Source of the DNA: Bdellovibrionales bacterium RIFOXYD12_FULL_39_22 | GTDB taxonomy: Bacteria > Bdellovibrionota > Bacteriovoracia > Bacteriovoracales > Bacteriovoracaceae | DNA: 64,000 nt | Reading direction: 5' to 3' | Assembly (NCBI GenBank): GCA_001770205.1 | Contig: MEQL01000007.1 | Coordinates: forward strand, 62,001 to 126,000 | Shown here: positions 8,836-18,336 of the stretch, one piece after another | Layout of the letters: each line of letters begins with the position of its first letter | Position numbering within the stretch: the first letter of the stretch is position 1 | Program-made: the position numbers and the translations under genes | Notes under the pieces: model-generated | Told to the model about the DNA's origin: nothing | The model's input: only the letters and a program-made list of their open reading frames with translations | Database searches by the model: none

Positions 8836-10330
8836 AATGGTGCTTCCGCGGATTTTGGCACTATTTGATAAATCTCCTCAAAGCAAAACCTATGGCCTTG
8901 CCGATCGTTTTTATTGGGGATGGAAGTTAATTGACTTTCCCAACGGAACCTTTCAAGGTGCTGTTCACGGATTGGCCCGACTAGTAAATGCCGGACTAAT
9001 TCCATTACCCTTCTCAGAAAAAAAAATAATTCAAAGAATTCTTTCCGCAATTAGTGCGACAAAGAAGATAACTCGTTCCAATGGAAGTCTCGAAGAGGCC
9101 TTTCCTTACGAGTCATCTTTTTGTGTGACCGCTTTGGTTGCTTACGATTTTCTTGCCGCCTACGAACTACTTGGAGGTAGGCTTAATGCTGAGGAGCAAA
9201 AGAGTATTTTAGAAACTGTTAGTCCATTAATTAATTTTATTATCAAAAATGATGAAACTCATGCAGTTATTTCTAACCATCTAGCAACAGCCGTAGCGGC
9301 CATTTTTTATTGGGAGAAATATTCGAAAAAAAGTTGCGATGGGCGTGGAGAAGAGCTACTTAAGATAATTCTTGATAATCAATCATCCGAGGGGTGGTTT
9401 TCGGAATATGGTGGTGCCGACCCAGGCTATCAGACACTGGCGACCTATTATCTTGCAGACGTATACCGCCTACGGCCAGCAGAAAATCTAAAAGTGGCCT
9501 TAAATAAATCGCTAGAGTTTTTACGCTATTGTGTACATCCAGATGGATCCTTTGGCGGAATATATGGAAGTAGAAATACTCGGTTTTTCTATCCGGCCGG
9601 CCTTGAATTTTTAAAAGATCACCTTCCTGCTGCAAATTACATATTGGGTAAGATGCGTGAAAGTATTAGCAAGCTTCAGGCAGTTACCCTTGTAGCGATG
9701 GATGGGCCAAACTTGGCCCCTATGTTTAATAGTTATGCCTGGGCCGCAGCAATGTTTGGCCCGATAGCGGTCTCTGATGGTGACGTCTTGTCATGGACAA
9801 AATATTTCCCCAAAGCAGGACTGTATTTGAAATCAACTCCAGAGTATTTATTCTGGCTTTCAACCAGAAAGGGAGCTGCTTGGGGAAAACATTATAAAGC
9901 AACAGAAAAAAAAGCGCTCGGGGATTTTGGAGCACTTTGGCAAGGACCAGACGGTGAAATTTTGACCGGCCAAGAGCAGGCGGTGGAGATAAGTATAAAT
10001 GGTGATAAAATTATCACTAAGATAAATCTTGTTTTGCACTCACAGATGTTGCCATCACCTATTAAATTTTTAATTTTGCGATTTTTGAATTTAACGTTGA
10101 TGCGAATTCCATTTTTCTTAAATCTCATAAAAAAAATATTAGTTAGACTTTTAATCACTAAGCAACAGAAAGTTATATCGACTGCGATGCGAGAGTTTGA
10201 TTTGGCCCAAGAAGTTCCCCTTGTAAAAGACATTTGTCAAAGTGATTATAAAAACATTAGTGGCAATGGGCCTTTTTACGCAATTCACATGGCCAGCCAG
10301 GGATATTGGCAGGTGAGTGATGATACCTAG
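8804..10330 (+). CDS. Uncharacterised glycan-locus protein, probable alpha/alpha-toroid fold
   Basis: Repeated (Q/H)xxDGS/EGW-type motifs (RSNGSLEE, QSSEGWFSEYGGADPGY, HPDGSFGG); overlaps both neighbours. Confidence 0.65.
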   Translation: MKENIYQKQIEMVLPRILALFDKSPQSKTYGLADRFYWGWKLIDFPNGTFQGAVHGLARLVNAGLIPLPFSEKKIIQRILSAISATKKITRSNGSLEEAFPYESSFCVTALVAYDFLAAYELLGGRLNAEEQKSILETVSPLINFIIKNDETHAVISNHLATAVAAIFYWEKYSKKSCDGRGEELLKIILDNQSSEGWFSEYGGADPGYQTLATYYLADVYRLRPAENLKVALNKSLEFLRYCVHPDGSFGGIYGSRNTRFFYPAGLEFLKDHLPAANYILGKMRESISKLQAVTLVAMDGPNLAPMFNSYAWAAAMFGPIAVSDGDVLSWTKYFPKAGLYLKSTPEYLFWLSTRKGAAWGKHYKATEKKALGDFGALWQGPDGEILTGQEQAVEISINGDKIITKINLVLHSQMLPSPIKFLILRFLNLTLMRIPFFLNLIKKILVRLLITKQQKVISTAMREFDLAQEVPLVKDICQSDYKNISGNGPFYAIHMASQGYWQVSDDT

Positions 10331-11492
10331 GTTTAAACCTTTTTTAGGGTCACGAGAGTTTCTGGCAATTTTCACTCCTGCTAGATCGTCTGCTATTTTA
10401 TCTTTTGAGAAGGCATTTGCGCAAAAGATGAAACAAAAGTATGCCCTTAGTTTCCCATACGGCCGAACGGGAATGATGATGCTTTTGCGTGCATTAGGAC
10501 TTAAAGATAAAGAGGTTATATGCCCAGCGTATACTTGCGTGGTGGTTCCTCACGCAATAACGTACAGTAAAAATATTCCTGTTTTTGTTGATTCAAGTAA
10601 AGATGACTACAACATGGATTATGATTTGATTGAGCAAGCAATTTCTGAAGAAACTGGTGCTATAATTGCTACCTCCATTTTTGGCAATCCGGTCAATCTG
10701 GATCGCCTGAATGAGGTTAAAGAAAAATTTCCCCATGTTCATATTATTCAAGATTGTGCGCATAGCTTTGGGGCCGAATGGAAAGGGATGAGAGTGAACA
10801 TTGGCGGAGTTGCCGCGGTATATGGGCTAAATATTAGTAAAATAATGACTTCTGTATTTGGAGGAATGATAACTACTGATTCAGAAGATCTGTATCTTTC
10901 ATTGAAAAAATTAAGAGATAGTGAGTTGGAAAAAGTTGGTATCACCAAATCTATTATGCGAAGGTCATACTTGCTGGCGATTTACATAGCATTTAATCCA
11001 TTTATATATTCATTTGTTAATTTTTTGGAGCGCCACGGTTTTTTAAAGCGATTTGTTAAATATTTTGATGAGACAAAAATTGATATGCCAGGTGACTACT
11101 TGGACCAAATGACCAATTTTGAGGCCGAGATAGGCCTAATTCAAACGGCCAAATATGATCAGATAATTACTAAGCGCCAACAACTCGGAAAGATCTATGA
11201 CCGCTATTTGGGAGTGGCCAGCATTTCTGGTAAAACATACTCTCACTACCCAGTTTTAGTAAACGATAGGGCGAATGTACTTGCACGTGCTTTAGGGGAA
11301 GGCATTCAACTAGGAACGATTATCGATTATTCGTGTGAAAAGATGGCCGTTTATAAGAGGTGCAAATTCTTTACAAAAAATGGTATCAGCAACGTAGGAT
11401 TTTTTAGGGAGAATGTTATCAATATCCCGATGGTGTTGCATGATGATGTAAATGCTGGCGTCTTAAAATTTATTTCTAGCCTGGAACGATAA
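10317..11492 (+). CDS. DegT/DnrJ/EryC1/StrS PLP-dependent sugar aminotransferase
   Basis: EVICPAYT, PVFVD, IFGNP, IIQDCAHSFGA, Lys-containing NISKIMTSVFGGMI. Confidence 0.88.
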   Translation: MMIPRFKPFLGSREFLAIFTPARSSAILSFEKAFAQKMKQKYALSFPYGRTGMMMLLRALGLKDKEVICPAYTCVVVPHAITYSKNIPVFVDSSKDDYNMDYDLIEQAISEETGAIIATSIFGNPVNLDRLNEVKEKFPHVHIIQDCAHSFGAEWKGMRVNIGGVAAVYGLNISKIMTSVFGGMITTDSEDLYLSLKKLRDSELEKVGITKSIMRRSYLLAIYIAFNPFIYSFVNFLERHGFLKRFVKYFDETKIDMPGDYLDQMTNFEAEIGLIQTAKYDQIITKRQQLGKIYDRYLGVASISGKTYSHYPVLVNDRANVLARALGEGIQLGTIIDYSCEKMAVYKRCKFFTKNGISNVGFFRENVINIPMVLHDDVNAGVLKFISSLER

Positions 11493-11494
11493 GT

Positions 11495-12118
11495 ATGCTT
11501 AGAAAAATGACAATGGCCGATATCGCCCAGGTGGTGGAAATACATGCAACGTCATGGGCCAAGCATGAATTGTCGGTTAAACTGGGCAAAAAATTTATTA
11601 ATGCCTTTTATACCCAGATCATGAAATCTGACGATGCATTTGTTTTTGTATACGAACAAGATGGATCAATTGTTAGTTATGCTACTGGCTTCTCTGATTA
11701 TCAAAAATTTGGCAAATCTTTTTCGCGAGAAAATCTATTGTTAATTGGTGCGCTGGTTGTTGGTGGAATATTGGGCAGAAGAGTTACTCTCGGTGATATA
11801 TGTAATATATTTAAGGAGGAGAGAAAGGTCAAAAATGCAAAATTTGGAAAACATCATTTGGGTGCGTTGGCGCTTAAAAATGAATTTAAAAAAACCGCGA
11901 TAGGGCGTGAGGGGATGAACTCTGTTATAGTGGCCGTCATGAATGAATTTCGGCGACTAGGATATCCAGGGTGTTGTTTACATTGTGATTCAATAAATAT
12001 TCCCATGAGGAAATATATGACAAAGCTTGGATTTTCTGAAATAGAAGAGATTGCTTTTTTTGGAAAAAAAATTGTTTTGTATGAACATTCTTTTCTTAAT
12101 TCCGATAAAGTTTCTTAA
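11495..12118 (+). CDS. GNAT-family N-acyltransferase
   Basis: MLRKMTMADI start, LALKNEFKKTAIG acetyl-CoA loop-like, N..MRKYMTKLGF. Confidence 0.75.
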   Translation: MLRKMTMADIAQVVEIHATSWAKHELSVKLGKKFINAFYTQIMKSDDAFVFVYEQDGSIVSYATGFSDYQKFGKSFSRENLLLIGALVVGGILGRRVTLGDICNIFKEERKVKNAKFGKHHLGALALKNEFKKTAIGREGMNSVIVAVMNEFRRLGYPGCCLHCDSINIPMRKYMTKLGFSEIEEIAFFGKKIVLYEHSFLNSDKVS

Positions 12119-12935
12119 CAGAAACGTAGATCATAAAAGGAAATAGTAACTCAAGTATCCGATGTAGCTTGTTAGGGATTTTAATTGGAAATGATCTGGC
12201 CGGAAAAAAGTGATAGAAAACATCTATAATTTCAAAATATGGCGTAAGCATTGCTAAGAATTCTTTTTTTGTATAACTCTTTCCTATCGGGTTTTTTGCA
12301 CCATCATATAATCGAACTATTTCATCACTGTTGCTGATTGCATAGATATTTTCTCTGCCACGGCCGTTGAGTCCAAAACCAAACTTATGCAGGATCGTGA
12401 ATATTTTAAAAAAAATATTCCAATTTCGTAAGAAAAAATTTTTATAATAAACGCTTATGGATGCTGTTCCGCCAGGTTTTAAAACTCGCGCAATTTCCGC
12501 TAGCGCCATTTCGGTATTGGGGGTGTGGTGGACAACTCCTTGACAGTTAATATGGTCAAAAGAGTGATTGTTGTAAGTCATAGACTCCGCATTTTGAACT
12601 GAGAAGTTAGCATAAACTTTAAAAAGGTTACACCGTTTTTGTGCTATTTCTAATGAATTACTTGAGAGGTCTCCAGCAAAAAGTGTCGCGCTCTCATATT
12701 TGCGTGCTATTTCAATCAACCAAAAACCAATTCCACATCCGAGATCGAGTATCTTTGGTTCTTTTACCCGAATATTAGGGAATAATTTGGTGTTCATCTT
12801 TCCTGCAAAGCAGTCATCTATACATATTGCGCGATGCTCTTCAAAAAACTCAACAGAACCCTGTTTGTATTTAGACTCACCGGTAAATAATGGATTTGTA
12901 TCCCAGAACGTTCGCACGTCCTCAATTTTTTGCAT
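12096..12935 (-). CDS. Class I SAM-dependent methyltransferase
   Basis: ILDLGCGIG, FDHINCQGVVHH, ARVLKPGG; 3' overlap with the convergent GNAT gene. Confidence 0.9.
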   Translation of the reverse strand: MQKIEDVRTFWDTNPLFTGESKYKQGSVEFFEEHRAICIDDCFAGKMNTKLFPNIRVKEPKILDLGCGIGFWLIEIARKYESATLFAGDLSSNSLEIAQKRCNLFKVYANFSVQNAESMTYNNHSFDHINCQGVVHHTPNTEMALAEIARVLKPGGTASISVYYKNFFLRNWNIFFKIFTILHKFGFGLNGRGRENIYAISNSDEIVRLYDGAKNPIGKSYTKKEFLAMLTPYFEIIDVFYHFFPARSFPIKIPNKLHRILELLFPFMIYVSVKKLYRN

Positions 12936-13190
12936 GGTTGATTCCCAGTAAAGGAAATAGGGTGTATGTTTTTTATTTTTAGATAAAGCATAGATGGATA
13001 AATGTCAACGTGTTTGTTGAGTAATCAAAATTTGCTCTCGATCACAAGTATCTGATTGAGTTTGACAAAACTTAATATACGTTTTAGTTGTAACTTTGCC
13101 TGAATTCTAAAACATTGCGAGGTCACCATAAAGGCAGTTAGCGTTGCAGAAACTGACCATATATCGTCTGTTTTTTATTACTCATGTTTA

Positions 13191-15137
13191 GTGATTGTCG
13201 CGATAGTCATTACGATTTTTAGTTACCAAAACTATGATTTAGTAAGTGCCTACAAGGGATTTGGCCCAAGCGACTATGTCAATCAGAAGTTGTTTCCACA
13301 AAATTTTGAGCGTGATTTTCTTGGAACTTTGATGGCCGGGCATTACGACCGTTCTATTGTGATGAAAAGTTATTACTGGGTGTGGAAATTATTTAAAATT
13401 CCGCCAGAGAATTTTACTTTTGCTTTTATGCTTGCTCAGTCGAGTGTTTTTATTTTCTCATTGGCAAAACTTTTGGAGGTTCTTTACGATAACAAACAAG
13501 CAATTTTACTCATAATTCTTCCCGTTTTGTTAACTCAGCCTATTGCCGGTGTCGACCTTGCACGCTTTGGTACTGGACTAGGTAGTTTTTTGGATTTTCC
13601 GCTCTACTATGGATGGGCATATGCATTTGCCTTTTTAGCGATAAAATTTTCTTTCCAGCACAGATATTTATCAATGTTTGCATCTCTGGCAGCTGTGACG
13701 GTGTGCCACATAACCATGGGGCTGCTGACATCTGTATTCGTTGGGGCCTGGTATTTAGTGAATCTAAAGCTAATTTTTAAAGATAGGTTTTTTTTTAGTG
13801 GGGTAGTTCTTTTACTGCTTGTTGCTATTTGGCATACCATTCAAAATATCACTGTTTCGTTATCAACACTAAGTACGGAGCAAATGAATGTTGATGACTG
13901 GGTGAAGATGACAAGGATTTTTTGTTATCATTGGTATCCAATAACGATGAAAATTTTTACTCGACTGAACGAACATATTCTTTTGTTTGGTTTAGCCGTA
14001 GGTCTGTTTGTTATGACTTTTCGACATCACGACTGGTCGATTTCAAAGAATAGCAAGATTCTTTACGGAATGGTTTCTATAATACCTCTAGTTTTTATTA
14101 GTATAGTAAGCTCGGATGTTTTTCCAATACCATTAGTGATAAAAATTGCGCCTCATCGCTCCTCTTCGTACTTAACTTTTTTCGCAATTATCTTTTACTT
14201 GGTTTATATTTCGCGGATAATATTCTCAAGCACCATAGATACGAAGAGAATATTGGCCTGGGCCGTTGTTATGTTACTGCTGTATTTTGATGCGGGTGGT
14301 GCTCTAAAAGGCCTGCCGCTGACTTTTTTAGGCAAGATTGTACTACTGTTTTTGACTGAAGTACTTTTTATTTTGCACGACAAGTACAGCAAAACAGAGA
14401 AGGTGTTATCGTTAAAAAACAATTTTTTATTCGTCACTGTTTTGGCATTATTTTTTTATTTTAATCAGGCCGGTGTGTCAAATGTAACCGTTGCCAAGGT
14501 TGCTGAGTATTTTGTTTTTCCCTTTGCTATGTTGGGTTGTGCTTTGATTTATTTCAGTAACAACCAATATAGAAAATTATTTTTTGCAATATTAGTTTTA
14601 GGCGTATGGGGGAGGGTAGGATATTCAATCGTTGAGAAGGCACACAAAAAAGTTGATATTGAATTGGCCACGTCGTATATGGATGCGCAATTGTGGGCAA
14701 AAGCAAACACGCCATTTAATGCGCTTTTTGTTGTGGATCCGTCACATGCTTATGCGTGGCGGGATTTTTCCGCACGTAGTTCATATGGAACATTTCGCGA
14801 CTGGGGTTTTGTTGGACTTGCTTACGATGCCAACCTAGCTAGATACGTTGAGGGGAAAAGACGATCCTTATTGTTTGGGGTGAATATTGATGCTATTTCG
14901 CAAGAAGAAATCAATAATTCGATTGGACCGATGTTTGGTAAATACAAAAAAATAATTCGAAGCGTTTATTATTCAATGACGGCATCGGATTTGAAAGAAT
15001 TCGCTAGACAAGAAGGAGTTGACTTCTTTGTTTTCAATAAAAAATACCAGCGGAAGGATATTGTTGGGAATTTGCACCCAGTATATAGTAATAAACACTA
15101 TATGATTGTTTCTTCGCAGATATTAACTGCGCAATAG
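13191..15137 (+). CDS. Polytopic membrane protein, probable GT-C-type glycosyltransferase
   Basis: More than 10 hydrophobic segments plus a soluble C-terminal domain (WAKANTP..ALF..DP...WRDFSARS); frame is open back to 13104. Confidence 0.65.
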   Translation: MIVAIVITIFSYQNYDLVSAYKGFGPSDYVNQKLFPQNFERDFLGTLMAGHYDRSIVMKSYYWVWKLFKIPPENFTFAFMLAQSSVFIFSLAKLLEVLYDNKQAILLIILPVLLTQPIAGVDLARFGTGLGSFLDFPLYYGWAYAFAFLAIKFSFQHRYLSMFASLAAVTVCHITMGLLTSVFVGAWYLVNLKLIFKDRFFFSGVVLLLLVAIWHTIQNITVSLSTLSTEQMNVDDWVKMTRIFCYHWYPITMKIFTRLNEHILLFGLAVGLFVMTFRHHDWSISKNSKILYGMVSIIPLVFISIVSSDVFPIPLVIKIAPHRSSSYLTFFAIIFYLVYISRIIFSSTIDTKRILAWAVVMLLLYFDAGGALKGLPLTFLGKIVLLFLTEVLFILHDKYSKTEKVLSLKNNFLFVTVLALFFYFNQAGVSNVTVAKVAEYFVFPFAMLGCALIYFSNNQYRKLFFAILVLGVWGRVGYSIVEKAHKKVDIELATSYMDAQLWAKANTPFNALFVVDPSHAYAWRDFSARSSYGTFRDWGFVGLAYDANLARYVEGKRRSLLFGVNIDAISQEEINNSIGPMFGKYKKIIRSVYYSMTASDLKEFARQEGVDFFVFNKKYQRKDIVGNLHPVYSNKHYMIVSSQILTAQ

Positions 15138-15152
15138 GGATGTGGAGTAGAC

Positions 15153-16235
15153 GTGGATCAGAAAATTATGACGATTATTGGAGCAAGGCCACAGTTTATC
15201 AAAGCGGCCGTTGTCAGTCGCGCGTTTGCCCAAAAGAGTAATCTGCGAGAAATAATAGTGCATACCGGGCAGCACTTTGATGCTCAAATGTCTGATGTCT
15301 TTTTCAGAGAGATGGAGATTCCCGCTCCATCCTATAATCTTCGAATTGATTCGCTTGGCCATGGAGCAATGACTGGACGAATGATGGAAAAACTTGAAGA
15401 TATTTTATTAAAAGAGTTGCCTGACTACGTTTTAGTGTACGGTGATACAAATACAACTCTTGCCGGTGCGCTTGCTGCAAGAAAAAATAATTTGAAACTT
15501 GTTCACATAGAAGCGGGCCTTAGAAGTTTTAACATGAAAATGCCGGAAGAAATTAATCGCATAGTTACCGACAGAATTAGTGATATTCTTTTTTGTCCAA
15601 CCCAAACGGCCGTGGATAATTTACGCAAAGAGGGTTTTGACAATTTCAAATGCAATATTGCCCAGGTTGGGGATGTTATGTACGATGCTGCGTTATATTA
15701 TTCCCAGAAAACTGGCGGGCCAGATGGAATAATGAATAGGAAAAAATTGGCAGAAGGTAGTTTTGTTCTAGCAACTATTCATAGAGCAGAAAATACAGAT
15801 GATTTAGAGAGATTAAAAAATATAATTCAAATTCTTAATGAAATTGCAAAGGAGATGATGGTTGTTTTACCGCTGCATCCTCGCACTAGAAAAATACTGG
15901 CAAGTCAGGACTTCAAAATTGATTTTGATGTAGTTGATCCGGTTGGATATTTTGATATGTTAGAGCTTCTGAAAAACGCTAGGCTGATCCTTACAGATAG
16001 TGGTGGCGTACAAAAGGAGGCATACTTTTTCGATAAATATTGCATAACACTTAGGGATCAAACGGAGTGGATTGAATTGGTTAACAACCAATATAATTGG
16101 ATCGTTGGTACGGACGTGAAATTAGCACTGGATGTTTTCCATAAAATCAAAAATGCCAAGTTTAATAGATCGTCTGCACTATACGGAAATGGTGATGCCG
16201 CGATAAAAATTGCGGATTATTTAGCAGATCGTTGA
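15153..16235 (+). CDS. wbpI: Non-hydrolysing UDP-HexNAc 2-epimerase, WbpI/WlbD-like
   Basis: TIIGARPQFIKA, HTGQHFD, VYGDTNTTLAG, HIEAGLRSFNMKMPEEINR, TDSGGVQKEA; PQFIK variant matches WbpI-type rather than E. coli WecB. Confidence 0.85.
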   Translation: MDQKIMTIIGARPQFIKAAVVSRAFAQKSNLREIIVHTGQHFDAQMSDVFFREMEIPAPSYNLRIDSLGHGAMTGRMMEKLEDILLKELPDYVLVYGDTNTTLAGALAARKNNLKLVHIEAGLRSFNMKMPEEINRIVTDRISDILFCPTQTAVDNLRKEGFDNFKCNIAQVGDVMYDAALYYSQKTGGPDGIMNRKKLAEGSFVLATIHRAENTDDLERLKNIIQILNEIAKEMMVVLPLHPRTRKILASQDFKIDFDVVDPVGYFDMLELLKNARLILTDSGGVQKEAYFFDKYCITLRDQTEWIELVNNQYNWIVGTDVKLALDVFHKIKNAKFNRSSALYGNGDAAIKIADYLADR

Positions 16236-16260
16236 AAGTTCTAAATCCAATGGTTTTTAG

Positions 16261-16289
16261 TTGACCTTTAACAAGAGGCCAAGTAATCT
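16261..16289 (+). promoter_or_regulatory. Putative internal promoter for the gtr-like cassette
   Basis: TTGACC (16261-16266), 17 nt, TAATCT (16284-16289). Confidence 0.35.
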
Positions 16290-16326
16290 TCAGAGTTTTT
16301 AGAAATTAACTTAAGAGAAGATTGTG

Positions 16327-17286
16327 ATGACTAAATTAGTTATAGCTATTCCCTGTTACAACGAAGAGGCCAAAATTGCTTCTGTTTTAGAGACGCTACC
16401 AAAACAGCTTGGCGGAATTGATGAAATCATTCACCTTTTAATTGATGATGGATCATCCGACAAAACTGTCCAAATTGCTAAAAGTTGCGGCGCAGAAGTT
16501 GTGGAGCATGGTTTCAATCGAGGATTGGGCCGCGCCTTTCAAACGGCCATTAATCAATGTCTCGAATTAAATGCAAATTATCTTGTTACGATGGATGGAG
16601 ATGGCCAGTTTTTGGCATCCGATATTGAAAAATTACTTTTGCCTTTGCTAACGAACAAGGCCGATTTTGTTACTGCCTCAAGATTTATGGATAGCTCGCT
16701 TCGGCCAGAGAATATCCCGTCCGTTAAGTGGTGGGGCAACCAACAAATGTCATGGCTCATCAGCACACTTACCGGAAAAAAATTTTTTGACGTCTCTTGC
16801 GGTTTTCGGGCGTATTCTGAAAAGGCGATCCTAAGTCTTAACTTACATGAACAATTCACTTACACCCAAGAAGTCTTCTTAGATCTCTCGTTTAAGGATC
16901 TTCGAATTGTCGAAGTGCCGGTAAAAGTGGTCTATTTCCCTGGCCGTAAAAGTAAAATGGCCTCCAGCATTGTTAAATATGCGTTGAAGACTTCTATGAT
17001 AATTTTTCGTGCTTATAGAGATTATCGGCCACTGCGTTTTTTTTGGAGTATTGGTTTTTCGTTATTTGCTGTTAGCGTAGTTCTTTTCACAATTTTTTTC
17101 ATAAACTCCTACTTGGCGGGGAGATTTTCGGGGAATTTTTGGGCGGCCTTTTCTGGAACCTTCTTTGCTTTTTTTGGAACAACTTTTATTATCTTGGGAA
17201 TTGTTGTTGATATGCTAGATAGAATTCGTTCAAATCAAGAAAAGGTATTATTTTTTTTAAAAAAACGTCTGAAGAAATCGCAATGA
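16327..17286 (+). CDS. GT2 polyprenol-phosphate glycosyltransferase (GtrB/DPM-like)
   Basis: IAIPCYNEE, IDDGSSD, NRGLG, MDGDGQ, DVSCGFRAY, two C-terminal TM helices. Confidence 0.9.
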   Translation: MTKLVIAIPCYNEEAKIASVLETLPKQLGGIDEIIHLLIDDGSSDKTVQIAKSCGAEVVEHGFNRGLGRAFQTAINQCLELNANYLVTMDGDGQFLASDIEKLLLPLLTNKADFVTASRFMDSSLRPENIPSVKWWGNQQMSWLISTLTGKKFFDVSCGFRAYSEKAILSLNLHEQFTYTQEVFLDLSFKDLRIVEVPVKVVYFPGRKSKMASSIVKYALKTSMIIFRAYRDYRPLRFFWSIGFSLFAVSVVLFTIFFINSYLAGRFSGNFWAAFSGTFFAFFGTTFIILGIVVDMLDRIRSNQEKVLFFLKKRLKKSQ

Positions 17287-17669
17287 TGAAATTAGAAATG
17301 GGCGAGACTAGTGGACAAGTTATTCGATATGTTCTAATCAGTGCCTTGATGAACGTGGCCGTTTTAGTGTTAATGTATATTTTCGTCGATCTGCTTGGGA
17401 TGAATGCTCGCTTGGCATTTTTTTTAGATTATACAATAGTATATGTTGCAGCGTACATATTTAATTTACGCTATCTTTTTTTTAAAGAGCATGATTGGAA
17501 AAAAGCAATGAAATATTTGATATATTTAGCAGTGTTTTTTCCTCTTGCTAATGTTCTTTTTGCTCTTCTTACTTATTTAAAATTACACTATCTTCTCGCT
17601 ACCATTTTAACAACTGCTGTACTTTTTCCACTTCGCTTTTTTACCAATAAATATTTTGTCTATAGATGA
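17283..17669 (+). CDS. GtrA-like small flippase
   Basis: 128 aa, four TM segments, QVIRY start, N-RY-F and NKYFVYR motifs; ATGA-coupled to the GT2. Confidence 0.82.
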   Translation: MMKLEMGETSGQVIRYVLISALMNVAVLVLMYIFVDLLGMNARLAFFLDYTIVYVAAYIFNLRYLFFKEHDWKKAMKYLIYLAVFFPLANVLFALLTYLKLHYLLATILTTAVLFPLRFFTNKYFVYR

Positions 17670-17679
17670 GGCGTTTTTT

Positions 17680-18327
17680 ATGATTGATGCAAAGGAGATG
17701 AATTTTCAGGCAAGTCGTCCAGGTAGTAATGTTGATGTAAAATACAACTCAAAAAATCCGATAACGAAACTGATAGTTGGTAATTTTGTCGCAACATTTA
17801 ATCGCTTCCTCGACGAACTGGGGGATGAAGAAATTCACAATATCTTAGAGGTTGGTGCCGGAGAGGGGTACATCTCGATGCTTCTTGCCCGCAAATATAG
17901 CGAGGCCCAAATTATCTCATCTGATATTTCCAAAACAGAATTTGAAACTAGAAAAAATAATTTAGCACAATTTAAAAATGTGCAAGTGATGGAGGCCGAT
18001 GGTTGTCATTTGCCATTTTCAGATAACGCTTTTGATCTGGTCGTATGCTCTGAGGTTTTAGAGCATATTCCTGGCCCCCATGTGGCGCTTAAAGAGATCC
18101 ATCGAGTTGGCAGAAAATACGCGCTGCTAAGTGTCCCCAATGAACCATTGTGGCATCTCTTAAATATGGCCAGAGGTAAGTATTGGCGAGCATTTGGCAA
18201 CACGCCCGGACATATTAATGCCTGGTCTCCGTGGGGATTTGGAAAGTTTGTGACGCAACTAAATTTTGACATTCAAAAAAGAATATTTCCGATTCCGTGG
18301 ACGATGTTTCTTGCCAAAAAAAGATGA
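17680..18327 (+). CDS. Class I SAM-dependent methyltransferase
   Basis: ILEVGAGEG, LPFSDNAFDLVVCSEVLEH, LSVPNEP, NTPGHIN; ATG 17680 preferred over TTG 17656. Confidence 0.9.
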   Translation: MIDAKEMNFQASRPGSNVDVKYNSKNPITKLIVGNFVATFNRFLDELGDEEIHNILEVGAGEGYISMLLARKYSEAQIISSDISKTEFETRKNNLAQFKNVQVMEADGCHLPFSDNAFDLVVCSEVLEHIPGPHVALKEIHRVGRKYALLSVPNEPLWHLLNMARGKYWRAFGNTPGHINAWSPWGFGKFVTQLNFDIQKRIFPIPWTMFLAKKR

Positions 18328-18336
18328 GGTGAAGTT

